Positions 1 through 11,425 of a stretch of DNA of 56,160 nucleotides are shown one piece after another. The position numbers and the translations under genes were made by a program. Each line of letters opens with the position of its first letter. Positions within the stretch are counted from its first letter, which is position 1. The stretch lies in NCBI RefSeq assembly GCF_002113885.1, contig NW_018405902.1, positions 75,703 to 131,862 on the forward strand. The letters are read 5' to 3'. Origin of the DNA: Mizuhopecten yessoensis. Taxonomy: Eukaryota. The notes beneath the pieces were generated by a model. That model did not search any database, was not told the DNA's origin, and saw only the letters and a program-made list of their open reading frames with translations.

Positions 1-387
1 CAGTAGGTACCTCAATTAATCACCTATTGACCATGCTAAAAGGATCCGGTGGTAATTGCTTTAGGCTCCAGTGAGCACGCTTGCCGGACACCTGTGCCCT
101 GTGGGCTTGTCGTCCGGTCCCCCTCCCCACTAATTACAGGCCCCCTGTTGCAATACGCTTATCGTGCAACTGACCAGTGGGGTCATTGATGGACTTGGGT
201 CAGCCGTGTGATTTAATCAGTGTCAATTTCTTGTGTAAAAAGACCACCTTCTGTTCAGTACAAATAACAAGGTGATACGGTTCACAGTTTAAGGTGATAC
301 GGGTCAATTAAGCTGATACGGCAGGGAGGATTTCAAACTGAAGCTGATACGGAGCCGTATCAGCTAAATGGCCTGGGGAGAACCCTG
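1..387. mobile_element. Right end of an hAT-like DNA transposon (left end outside window)
   Basis: Ends in CCTGGGGAGAACCCTG (372-387; reverse complement CAGGGTTCTCCCCAGG, an hAT-style CAGGG terminus). It is preceded by clustered subterminal (G/C)TGATACGG repeats at ~272, 294, 313, 344 and an inverted copy at 355-363. TSD cannot be checked. Confidence 0.55.
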
Positions 388-460
388 ATATATATATTAA
401 ACTATAGTAATAACATATGTACGATACTTACAACGTCAGGCAACATGTTTGTACGTTTTT

Positions 461-1117
461 ACCAGACTAGATATAGGTATTTGTGTGCAATACTTACAGG
501 GCCAGACAGTATGTGGGTTCGTCACTGACTAGATATATTTATTTATATATGGTTAGAAAATACACCTGTGAGTCTGTCACTGACTAGATATAGTTACGTA
601 CGTATAATACTTATGTGGTTAGACAATACGTCTGTGGGTCTGCACTGACTTGATATAGTTACGTACGTATAACACTTATGTGGTTAGACAATACGTCTGT
701 GGGTCTGTCACTGACTAGATATCGTTACGTACGTATGACACTTATGTGGTTAGACAATACGTCTGTGGGTCTGTCACTGACTAGATATAGTTACATACCT
801 ATAACACTTATGTGGTAAGACAATACGTCTGGGGTCCGTCACTGACTAGATATAGTTACGAACGTATGACAATTATGTGGTTAGACAATACGTCTGTGGG
901 TCCGTCACTGACTAGATTAAGTTACGTACCTATAACACTTATGTGGTTAGACAATACGACTGTGGGTACGTCACTGACTAGATATAGTTACGTACCTATA
1001 ACACTTATGTGGTTAGACAATACATCTGTGGGTCCGTCACTGACTAGATATAGTTACGTACCTATAACACTTATGTGGTAAGACAATACGTCTGGGGTCC
1101 GCCACTGACTAGATATA
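461..1117. repeat. 65-66 bp minisatellite, ~10-11 copies, degenerating leftwards
   Basis: ACTGACTAGATAT-type anchor recurs at 524, 579, 644, 710, 776, 841, 907, 973, 1039 and 1104. Confidence 0.95.
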
Positions 1118-1299
1118 CTAAAGTCATTATATTAGTATGATACTAACATAGGTAGACAGTTTTCAGTGTATCTGTCTAAATATCTAGATTGATCACCTGT
1201 TACATACTAACCTGGAGTAGGACGCATCATTCTACATTGCCCATCACATACTGATGCTCCAACGACGATGAAAACGCATACGGTAAGAAAGCTGTTCAT
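1062..1299 (-). CDS. Candidate 5' exons of a small secreted Cys-containing protein (possibly beta-microseminoprotein-like); rest outside window or disrupted
   Basis: Exon 1299-1212 reads MNSFLTVCVFIVVGASVCDGQCRMMRPTP (signal-peptide-like) and ends CCAG|GTTAGT. A 94-nt intron with TACTAAT branch point and CTTTAG acceptor leads to exon 2 starting at 1117 (VYLVSGGPQT...). The exon 2 donor is ambiguous. The family assignment is from memory of motif spacing only. Confidence 0.45.
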
Positions 1300-1985
1300 C
1301 TTCAAAATTTTGCTTGAAAATACACTATTGTATTAAACGAAGTATGAAATGTTAAGATAAGGACTAAACAGATCCTGATAATGAGTTCGATTAGAGTGTT
1401 AGCTATCTTATCTCAGTAGAACATCCGTGAAGACCAGTGTGCAGAACGTCATAAACACTGACCTAACCAGTAAAGGATTTAATGTACTTGTTATAACCCT
1501 ACATGTTGCAAGAACATAGAAAACCAAGGATGTTACTTAGGTAAAAATGCTGTATCACATTACTGAGCTATTTTACACAGCCACTAGCAGATTATTTCAA
1601 AATCAACCTGATTTCTGTTGGATATTGAAGAATGACTTGTACTTTAGGTTCATATGATTGAAATCCAATTTGCCATATGATATTGGGAAGTGATATTATA
1701 AACATAATTTGATAAAGCACTTTAGAACATTTCCATCTAGGAGGAGTACTTAGTTCTATCATAAGAAAAATGTAAAATCGTAGCCAATTCAAGCCTTTTG
1801 AACCTAGCCCTCAGGCCTAAGGAGTTGGTCAGGGTCTTAATTTTCAAACCTTTAACTGCCATATCGAATTATTATTCCTACCAAGTCTGGATGATTCCTG
1901 CAGAATATAACCAAAACATCTCTAAAAGAATCATTTCAATGAATATAAATTTAAGCATAACGTAACCCCCTAGAATTAGTCTTCA

Positions 1986-2210
1986 GGTAGCGCAGAGGAT
2001 AGAACACTTGCCTTTTTACCAAGGCGAATAGGGTTTGATTCCCCGATCGGACGTAAAATGGTATGGGCCACCTGCCTGACCACGTGGGATCTCTGGGTAC
2101 TCCGGTACCTCCCACATAAAGACCCGCGCGCTAATATCCGGGCCAACAAGACTGATAAAGATAAGTTGTAAATCTTCTTAATAATTATTGTAAAATGAAT
2201 AAAGTTTATA
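1986..2210 (+). mobile_element. tRNA-derived SINE with V-domain-like core
   Basis: A-box-like GGTAGCGCAGAGG (1986), B-box-like GGTTTGATTCC (2032), V-SINE-like CTGGGTACTCCGGTACCTCCCAC (~2093-2115), and an AT-rich tail with AATAAA. Confidence 0.7.
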
Positions 2211-4739
2211 TTTCAATAAAATTAACAATTATGAAGCGTATTTAGTTCTTGCATAATCGAGTCTGAAAAGGCAGATTGCTGAACGTTTTGCCAAATTGAT
2301 CTCTTTAGACCCCACACATGGAAAGGGGCGGTAACCGCATAATTCGTTTTTTTTTTCTTTTTCGTCATGAAAGTTTCCTGTATGGTTTTATTGAATAACT
2401 TCAGTGTGACGGTTGAAAAGGCTCTGTCTCATGTGACCTAAAACTGATATATCATTGAGACGTCCTTACTCTCCATTGCACAACTGAATATTCAGCTTAT
2501 GTGACTTGTTAACTGAAGTACATAAACATGTTGTTATTGGAGACACATAATATATATCAAACATAGTCATAAAAATGATACAATTGATTGTAAAAACAAA
2601 AAAAACACAAACGATAAAAATGGTTATACGAGACAAGCAGACAATACAGAATCAAAAAGTTTACAGTAGGGATTTATGTTGCCATATATACTTCACTTTC
2701 ATTCGTAATCGTGCCATCTCGTTGGTCGCAAATTCTGAATAGATAGAAAACTGTCTAATTCGGATATGCCATGCTAAATAAAAACAAAATGTCAAATCGA
2801 TATTGAAATGTTCATTCACTAGTGTCAGATGATTTTCTTGTAATTACTTCTACTACATAAAGATGAAAATTATGCATTACGAAGCAGAGGACACGTGATA
2901 TGATATAATTTGCATGTGGAGATCATGAATAACCAACATTAAAATAATCACATACCGTGTATATAAACTCATTTTATTCATGTTGGATCATAATGAGAGA
3001 TAAAACTCATAATATGTTCCCCTTTTGGGAAATACACTTAGTAGCAAACCAACGTCAATCACTTGCTGTCAACTAGAAACATAATGATAATAAGATTATA
3101 CCATAATGTCAATAAACGTTAATTTCACTGGTACATGTTAAAGTGAGAACAAATCAATGAGACAGACAGCTGACATTATATCTGTTAGCTTGGTGACTAA
3201 AAAGAGCATTGGTATATAAGTGAAGTACTACTTAGAAATGTTCTGTTTATGTAACAATTTAAACAACCACACTTCGGCAATATTAAACTGTTTACTGTAA
3301 ACGTATGTATTTATGTGGAATAACGTGGGCTAGGCAACTGCCGGTGTAACATGAAAAATTGAATCCTGTAGAAAACCTACCCGGGGATCTTTTTAGAAAT
3401 CTGACCTGGGGTCATAATTCTTAAAAGAGATCCTTCCCGGCATTCCGTAGAAAATACACCCACTGCTATTTTAGTCGTTCGACCTATGAAAAAGTCACCC
3501 CCATAGAAACGTGACCAAATCGCTGGAAAAGGAAACATCAACGCCCATCCGTGTGTCAAAACACTTTCTTTTCGTGATCGACTAAGGTCACTTTTAATAG
3601 AAATAGTTTACACCATAGGTTTTACCTAAGTTCAGAGGGGACATTACATCTATGGATGTTCTTTAAAGTAGTTGTATAATTTATATTGAAGAAAGAATTC
3701 GAAGTTTATTGTATTTTATCAGCGGCATACGATATACTTTCTACTACGTGTGGACCCAATGGAAGTAATAAGTCTGATGGACATGTAAGAGGAAACACGT
3801 TTGCATGCCCTTAGCAAGTTGGTATGTTTGGGGATTTTAAGGGGGCATACATATGGGTGACTTTTTAGGATTAACGTGAGGGAAGAAAATACGTGTGGAA
3901 AACGTATGGATGTTTAACACGTGTGGATATGTGGAGGGGTAGTACCAGGTATGTGATTCTTCCATTTTTCAGAGGATTTTTTTTTTTTTTCTATTTCATT
4001 TTAATAGTTCTTAAATGTGGTTTCATATGGAGATAATATGTACTTATGGTATACTAATGGGGTTAAGTGATATAGACTGAGAAATCATCAATGTTGCATT
4101 CTAAAATCACTTTTTAATTCCACCATAGGTTCCACGGTATACACATTATCTTAAATAAACAGGAGGCTTGCGCAAAATCATGAAAACGTCTTTTGTCTTT
4201 TGTTTTTTGAAAAGATAAAGTCTTGAATGTTTTGAAAGACATGAAAAATATAAATGTCTGAATCGAATCAATATTACTGAAACATTATTTAAATAAAAGT
4301 AATTATTTATATATAAGCAAGGAAGCAATAACGACAGTAAAGACAAAGGATTTATTCAAGACAGGAATATGAATAATTACATATCAAAACATATCAGAAA
4401 GAGATAAAGAGTTCCTAATGAACATGACAAAAAATTAAAACTACTGCTTATGAAATATGCTGATATCATCATATATAATATTATAATAACTATAAAAACA
4501 AAATGATCACATCAAAACAAAATTGACCACCGCCATGTCATATGCAGCTATCGCTATATATTTGCATTATTCCAAATATATAATCATGTCCCCCTACAGG
4601 AACATAAATCCGTAGAAATTTGAACCTAAACGTTGGAAATTTTTCAACGACTTTGGGTCTGCATGTGTCTTGGTGTTGGATTTTTATGTAATTTTTTTTA
4701 TTCTGTGTCGGTTTTCTACTTGGGTCACTTTTATTCACT

Positions 4740-5945
4740 TCAAATGGTTACATGCATACGGTGGAGCCCATCCTTATACCATTTGCTTGTTGGCTTGGAC
4801 AAAGCAACACTATATACATTTGACACAGTAACATCACCGAAAGAGTTAACGTTTTTATACTCCTGAAGCGCTTCAGATAATGAATACTTCACCTGTTTCA
4901 GGGTCATTTTTGACATTTCATTTTCAATAAATGTTTCAGTGTCCTTACGCTTTGCTTCTGTTCTCTTCACTTGAAGAAACAGTTCTGTATCTGAACTGTT
5001 GTCCCGCGATTTCTCCAGCATCTGTCTGGAGTTACTGATTACCTTTTGTTGTAGAGAACATTCTTCAGCATTTGTTTTTATTTCATTTACTGCGCGCGAA
5101 TGAGCCTCAGAAAGCTGTTTCAGGAAATGGCTATGTAAAGCCTTTGTATGGGTTACCAGAGTACCAGCAAATTCCTCGGCAGATCTTTCTATGTCAAACT
5201 TTTTCTTCTCCAACTGTGTCAAATGTTCTTTAAGAGTCATTGATGCTTTGCCGATGTCTTTTTCACATTCATTAAGGCTGGCCAACAGCTCAGAAAACTC
5301 TTTTTTGTTTTTTATATTAATTGCTGCCTCGGACAGTTCCAGGACTGTGTCGCATTTTCGATGAGATGTTGCTCCACATATTGTACAGCATGGCTGATCA
5401 TGGTCCACGCAGAACAGTTTTATCACTTCATCTGCATGCTCATTACACATTTCATCCAACGAAAGACACTTTAAATCTCTTAGAACGTCCTGTAGACCAA
5501 TAAGTTTATGTTTCCGTGTAGCTTTCATCCCCCGATGCACCTGCGAACACGGACCACAGTAAGCCTCCGAACACTGTACACACCACTGGGTAGCCTGTAC
5601 GTCTTTCTTCATTACAGAACATGGGTCACAAGACTTCTTTTGTTTCTCGATCATCGATTTGTCAATCAGTGATACAATAATATGGTTACTAGGGAAAGTA
5701 CTTGCCCATTCAGATTTGTTGGTCGCTGTTGCTTTACTCGGTAGGCGTGTGTTGGTACGACATACTGGACACGTAAATTCCACCTGTTTGATATTTCTTC
5801 CTGATTTGGTGACCTGGGATTCTATCCACCCTTGTAGACAAAGTTCACAAAAGGTATGAAGACATGGTAGATATTTCGGTATGGTTAATGTCTGTAAGCA
5901 AATTGAGCATACCGTAAGATCTTCAGTGTGATCGAGTGCTGCCAT
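4740..5945 (-). CDS. TRIM (RBCC) E3 ubiquitin ligase-like protein, 401 aa, intronless CDS, no C-terminal domain
   Basis: C3HC4 RING (CSIC...CLHTFCELC...CPVCR), B-box1 (CDPC...CVQCSEAYCGPC...H...H), B-box2 (CNEH...CVDHDQPCCTIC...HRKC), then a long coiled coil. Confidence 0.93.
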   Translation of the reverse strand: MAALDHTEDLTVCSICLQTLTIPKYLPCLHTFCELCLQGWIESQVTKSGRNIKQVEFTCPVCRTNTRLPSKATATNKSEWASTFPSNHIIVSLIDKSMIEKQKKSCDPCSVMKKDVQATQWCVQCSEAYCGPCSQVHRGMKATRKHKLIGLQDVLRDLKCLSLDEMCNEHADEVIKLFCVDHDQPCCTICGATSHRKCDTVLELSEAAINIKNKKEFSELLASLNECEKDIGKASMTLKEHLTQLEKKKFDIERSAEEFAGTLVTHTKALHSHFLKQLSEAHSRAVNEIKTNAEECSLQQKVISNSRQMLEKSRDNSSDTELFLQVKRTEAKRKDTETFIENEMSKMTLKQVKYSLSEALQEYKNVNSFGDVTVSNVYSVALSKPTSKWYKDGLHRMHVTI

Positions 5946-5957
5946 GTCCCCGATATC

Positions 5958-6900
5958 ACTACCTCTCTACTACCCCTAAATTATACACGCGTCACGAGTG
6001 TCTGCCAGATACGAAACAACCGATATTGTCGACCATTGAAATTACTTTTTGGTGTATTATGCAACGCACATTGCACTGTGACGAAGGTAAATCAAAAATG
6101 GAATTTTTAAAACAATTTTAAACAAATAAATTTAGGAACAAATAAATGATATAATTTTAGAAGTGATATTGCAATATTGATATAGACATAATTGGACGGA
6201 TTCAAAACCAAATGTTTTAAACATTTACATTTTAAAATTAAATATTCCTTACAATGCTACATATTTAATGTATCCAACAGATAATGTCATCATACAGAAA
6301 ACGTGTAATTCCATGTCAGTACAGAGGTTGATACGTCGATATTTGTTTAGCAACTACACTTTGTTTTTGATATTTCCCCTGGTAGACACGTGTGCTTAGC
6401 TGGTGACAGCGTTGTTATCGGAGAACTGATTCGGCTTAGATAATGTATTACGATACTTGAACGTAAAGAAGAGAAGGTAAGGTTTTTGTACAATTTAATG
6501 TTATTAAAATTTCTCAGGATAGTTGCGGGATTTTCCAATTTTCTTTAAATGTAGTGAAGTGATATTATGTATAGCCATCGGTCGCTCTTCACAAAGCTAT
6601 CGAGGTACACAATAAGAATGTTTTAAACCAGATACCAGTGTTGAATGGCCGACCTTTGCTTTAAATGATAACAGTCTATGTGGTAGATATTTGACATAAA
6701 TATTGAGTGATATTTGTATTTTAGTACTACGAGTATTAACCTAGCAATACGATCTAAATATAATGTTTCATACGCACACTGCCGCTGTCTATGAAATGTG
6801 TGTTGGTGTAACCTATATTTGTGGTGAATCAGGAAGTGTCCTTCAGTGTTACTATTTTAGATATACATTTCATTGCCTAGTAAATACGCTAAGATATTTT
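5958..6900. promoter_or_regulatory. Intergenic/promoter block, copy 1 (diverged direct repeat of 8235-9090)
   Basis: Collinear shared words with copy 2: TACCCCT, CGAGTGTCT..AGATACGAAAC, TGCAACGCA, AATTGGACGG.TTCAAAA, TTGTTTTTGATATTT, TAAGAATGTTT, AATGGCCGACCT, GAAGTG..TCAGTGTTA, TTTCATTGCC. Contains an NF-kB consensus GGGATTTTCC at 6527-6536 and AG|GTAAGG at 6476/6477. Confidence 0.75.
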
Positions 6901-7004
6901 CTTCAAATTGTCGACATACCAGGTACACACTAGGCCTAGTACTGCGGGCTATATCGATGTGTCATAACTCTCTGGGGTCAAATTCAAACGTAGAATATGG
7001 ACAT

Positions 7005-7160
7005 GGGCCGCTTTCGTTTAACGCAATCCAAACGGTTGGATTCGAGTTGTTTGTTTATGAAATAAGGTAAGACCTAGTAATCTGATGCTGCTTTCAGGCA
7101 AGCCTTGACAAAGCCTTGCAAAGGCTGCATAAACATTTGCAGGTCCACCAGGATGTATGC
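7005..7160 (-). mobile_element. Partial PIF/Harbinger-like MITE (same family as 31360, 41351, 46936)
   Basis: The reverse complement matches 31414-31580 (CCTGGTGGACCTGCAA, GCAAGGCTTTGTCAAGGCT, CTGAAAGCA.CATCAGAT, CTAGGTC). The terminus is GGGCCGCTTTCGTTTA. Confidence 0.75.
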
Positions 7161-8070
7161 TCATTTCTGAACTCAATGGTATTTTCAATAATGTAGGTCA
7201 AATTTTGAAAAGTACATTTCAATTAAATCTCTTATTAAAAAAAATATTGACCTCATTGACCTATCTTGGACAAAGCAAATATATATGTTAATTTCTAAAT
7301 CCTGTGAAAATGTTTATAATGTACGTCAAATGTTCAAAACAAATCACAGTGACTTAATTTGGTCAAAGAACAGTTTTTATCAATCTCTTTTTCTATTATT
7401 ATTTTGGACAATAAAGGTCTCATTTTGAATATTACTTCGTTAAGTAGGTCCCAGTGAACTTAATCCACAGTGAACTAATTTGGGTACGCAGCAATACACC
7501 ATGTAGTGTATTTTTCCTAATCAGATGACAATGTTTTAATATGGTCAAAATTTGAACACTTAGTCACAGTTCACTATTTTTTCAAGCAACGGTTACATGT
7601 CATTTTATGAACCTGATGACCATTTTCGATAATGTAGGTCAACACTTCAAAATTGTGCCATCGTGACCTCATAAAGTCAAAAAGATGTTTGACATAATTA
7701 GGTCACTGTGACCTATTTTTCGGAATTTTACCTACATTATTAAAATGTCATCGGGTGCAGAATATAATATCAAACAGTTGTTTGACCAGATGGGGGTCAC
7801 TGTGTCCTAGTTTTCAAGATTTGACCTATATTATCAAAATTGTTTTTCATTAAGCTAAACAAAGTAACGCTTAACAATTTAACAAAATTTGATCTAGTCT
7901 CAAAAATTTACATCATGTTCAAATATTAAATAAAACTGAATTCTCAAGTCATTAAGAAATTGTTAGTGAAAGTCAAATTTTAGGAAATAGGTCACATGAC
8001 ATTTTTAATCAACGTCTAGGCGGATATTTCAAAACAACATCAATGGTTTGTATGGTCCATTTTCAACTAA
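7160..8070. repeat. Degenerate satellite-like internal repeats of a HINE-type element, in inverted halves
   Basis: Recurrent AATGTAGGTCAA / TTGACCTA and CACAGTGACC / GGTCACTGTGACC motifs in both orientations. Confidence 0.45.
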
Positions 8071-8234
8071 TATGTAAAAAAATAAATTTGAGTTAAGTGA
8101 GTACGTTGAAAACTGACCCCGGTTCCATTTTCCATGGTGTTCATTTTTTTTAGTTCAAAGGTTTAAGTCTTGCCAACGTTTATTTTGGTCAAGGCCTAGC
8201 AGCAACATTTATATTTGACACTTTGACAAGGTAA

Positions 8235-9090
8235 ACTGCCTTCCTAGTACCCCTTAACTATCCGTGCATGTCGAGTGTCTACTAGATACGAAACTACTTA
8301 TATGATTAACGATTAAAATGACCTTTTTAACGTAGTTTGCAACGCAAATTCTTTTGTCAAAGGAAATTAAAACAACACAAATACATTACAACAAAAAGGA
8401 TATCGATTTAACTGCGATATCGCGAGATTGATATGACTGATGGACACAAACAAATTGGACGGTTCAAAAACAAATATTGTAAACTTTTACAGTTCCAAAC
8501 CGTTATTTCTTACACATAAAATGTATCAACAAATAATAGCACTGCACAGTCAACGTGCAAATGCCGGTAAAGCAAGGGGTACATCGATGGTTGTTTTCTG
8601 TTAAAAATCTACCGATTGTTTTTGATATTTTCAATGGGACACATGTGTAATCAATTTGACATGCGTACCATCAGCGTAATAATTGGACAGAAACAATATC
8701 AGGTGCATGTGGTAGACAAAAGGTGAGATTTTTATGCTCTTAGACGTTTGTGACATTTCTCGAAATAATTGTAAGTTAGACATAGTTTCTGATAATGTAT
8801 TGATATCCCAGTCCTTCACGTGATTATTGATTAATTCTAGCTGTGATGATACACGTTAAGAATGTTTAAATGGCCGACCTGTCTTTAAACTAATAATAAT
8901 TGCGGGCTATTTATATACTCGTACGACGCTATGAATATGTGTACCTAACCACACGATCTACGTATCCTACGGATAGCGCTGCTGTCCCAACAACGGATGT
9001 TATTGTCATCTATATTTCGTGTTAAAACTTGAAGTGATCATCAGTGTTATTACTTTATATTTCATTGCCCTGTTAACATGCGTAGATTTT
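8235..9090. promoter_or_regulatory. Intergenic/promoter block, copy 2; probably holds the non-coding first exon of the TRIM-NHL gene
   Basis: Homologous to 5958-6900. Donor AG|GTGAGA at 8722/8723, with a matching acceptor TATTTTCTAG ending at 9470, 20 nt before the ATG. Confidence 0.7.
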
Positions 9091-9490
9091 TAAATTAGTT
9101 TGTAAGCGCAGTTGTACATGGAGGTAGCAAGTTGTCATTATACTTGACGGACATCTGTTTCATGCTTACATACACATTGTAATACATTTAACAAAGACAC
9201 CTGATATATATTTATAATTGTGAGAAAAATTGGGTTAAAACATATATGATGTACATGTTATATGAGAATGTGAAGAGACCAGGATTTCATGAATTCATGA
9301 AATATCCAAGGGGGCAAACATTTGGCAGAGGAAAAATAGTATACAGAAATGTGATTCGATTTAAAGCTAGTTTCTTTTAAAAAAAGGTGTTTTTTTCAAA
9401 CTTATTTCAAATTGCAATATTAACGTGACACAATAACTGTATGAATTAATACCAGATATATATTTTCTAGGGAGACAGCTAGGTGTCAGC

Positions 9491-11425
9491 ATGGAATCGC
9501 CAGGAGTAGACACTATAGCGTGTCATTTGTGTCGACAGACTTACAAGACACCGAAATATCTCCAATGCCTTCACACCTTCTGTGAAACATGCCTTGGAAA
9601 GTGGATCGTCTCGAAAGTGACAAAGGGTACTAACAAATCGTCTTTCAAATGCCCCGTTTGTGACATAGACACAGACCCTCCTTTAGGGTGGACTTTTAGT
9701 AATATTATACAATGGGCAAGTTTGTATCCCGACGATCGTCTGGTCCAGTCGTGTATTGACCAAGATCAGATACGAAAAGGGTTAAGAAAGTGTGACTTAT
9801 GTATGGTACGCTACAGTTCACGGAATGCCGAGTATTGGTGCAGGCAGTGTTCTGAGGCATATTGTGAAGCGTGTAAACCTGCACATGGGTCTATGAAGAA
9901 AACTAAACGACATGAAGTTTTGCCCATGCATCAAATCTCAAAGGACCTATCATTAGTCACTCAACATGAAATTTGTACGAAACATCCTGACGAAGAAATC
10001 CGATTGTTTTGCGCCGACCACAACGCTTCTTGCTGTGCCGTATGTTCAATAGTAATGCATCGCAGGTGTGTAAACGTTGTTGATATACACGATGCAGCAA
10101 AGTTAGTGCGAACAAAAAGAGATTATATGGATAATGAAAAGCACCTACGGAAGGCTGCGAAAGAGTTGCAAGAAACTGAAGACGTTATAAATGAAAACAT
10201 TGCGGAGGTTACACAGAAACGTTTGCGATTGGAGAAAGCAGCCGAATCATTTGTTAATAGACTATGTGAACGGATGAAAAGTCTCCTTAACGACCACAAA
10301 ACCAAATTAAATAACATTCATGGAAAAGCTTTGACAGGTTTAAATGCAGCGAAAGAAGTAAACATCGGGGAGCAAAGGTTTCTAGAGAACGTTTTAAATC
10401 ATCTCGATCAAACATCGATTTCAGATGAACAAATTTTCCTCCATATGAAAAAAGCAACGACAAAGCACAGAGAACTAACTGCTATGAAGAAACAGGTTCC
10501 TGTAAAAACTTGGAGACATAACATTAAACCAAATACAAAGGCCTTGATGGACGCATGTTTAAGTATCGAAAGTATTTGTGATGTTTCTCTCACAGAAGGC
10601 ACAAGATCGGAAACTGAACTTGCACCTATACAACATCCGATTTCGTGGACAATAGAACAAGTGAAAAGATGGTTCGTCGAAAGTCGGGTATACGCAGCGG
10701 TACAAAACACTGCATACTACCATTCGGATAACTGTATAGTGACTGTTTGCAGTGACGACAGAAAGATGTGTTCATATAATGCTATTGGAAGGCAGACGTC
10801 AGCTGTAGAACTAACACATGAACCTTATGCCGCGACTATTCTTGGTTCTGAAATCATGGTGACTCTTCCAAAAGCAAAACACGTTGCTGTGTTTGAACTC
10901 ACTTTGGATGAATTGATCGGTAGTCGAAAGGAAGGTTTCGAACTACAAAAAGCATGTTACGGAATCACCGCAATTTCACAAGAGGACAATGTGGTTGTAG
11001 TGTGTGGCCATAGCCTCAAGGTCATGGACGCCATCATGGGTATTAAATGTGATGAAATACCCTTGGATGATGCAAATTACCGCAATGTCACTTCCGATAG
11101 TACTGGACGGGTCTACGTCACTAATCCGTTCATACATCGCGTTCTGTGTGTAGACCTGAAGTCTGGTCATACCCTGTTTGAGTTTACAGATTATCCTAAA
11201 CTTAAGTTTCCGAACGGTGTGGCTCTGGATCCTTTGGGAAACGTGTATGTGGTAGGATGTCTCAGCAAGAACATTGTTAAACTCACTAAGGACGGAAAAT
11301 TCAAGGACACCATCCTGACTCTCAGCGATGGACTTTATCATCCGAACTATGTGGCATTTAAAAAAGGCAGTTATGATTTCCTTGTTACGAATGATATTGA
11401 TGTATTTCTCTATACAGTCAAATGA
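9491..11425 (+). CDS. TRIM-NHL-like protein (RING, two B-boxes, coiled coil, NHL-like beta-propeller), 644 aa, intronless CDS
   Basis: RING CHLC...CLHTFCETC...CPVCD; B-box1; B-box2 (CTKH...CADH...CCAVC...H); C-terminal NHL-type repeats (DSTGRVYVTN, LKFPNGVALDPLGNVYVVG, GLYHPNYVAF). Confidence 0.95.
   Translation: MESPGVDTIACHLCRQTYKTPKYLQCLHTFCETCLGKWIVSKVTKGTNKSSFKCPVCDIDTDPPLGWTFSNIIQWASLYPDDRLVQSCIDQDQIRKGLRKCDLCMVRYSSRNAEYWCRQCSEAYCEACKPAHGSMKKTKRHEVLPMHQISKDLSLVTQHEICTKHPDEEIRLFCADHNASCCAVCSIVMHRRCVNVVDIHDAAKLVRTKRDYMDNEKHLRKAAKELQETEDVINENIAEVTQKRLRLEKAAESFVNRLCERMKSLLNDHKTKLNNIHGKALTGLNAAKEVNIGEQRFLENVLNHLDQTSISDEQIFLHMKKATTKHRELTAMKKQVPVKTWRHNIKPNTKALMDACLSIESICDVSLTEGTRSETELAPIQHPISWTIEQVKRWFVESRVYAAVQNTAYYHSDNCIVTVCSDDRKMCSYNAIGRQTSAVELTHEPYAATILGSEIMVTLPKAKHVAVFELTLDELIGSRKEGFELQKACYGITAISQEDNVVVVCGHSLKVMDAIMGIKCDEIPLDDANYRNVTSDSTGRVYVTNPFIHRVLCVDLKSGHTLFEFTDYPKLKFPNGVALDPLGNVYVVGCLSKNIVKLTKDGKFKDTILTLSDGLYHPNYVAFKKGSYDFLVTNDIDVFLYTVK

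Noticed and set aside
812-1081. 89 aa repetitive plus-strand ORF
   Set aside because: By-product of the 66 bp repeat. Neighbouring units break the frame.
1986-2050. tRNA gene
   Set aside because: A and B boxes are present but there is no convincing cloverleaf, and it continues into a SINE core and tail.
3340-3985. MITE with AAAAAGTCACCC / GGGTGACTTTTT inverted motifs
   Set aside because: Probably a decayed repeat, but termini and TSD could not be defined.
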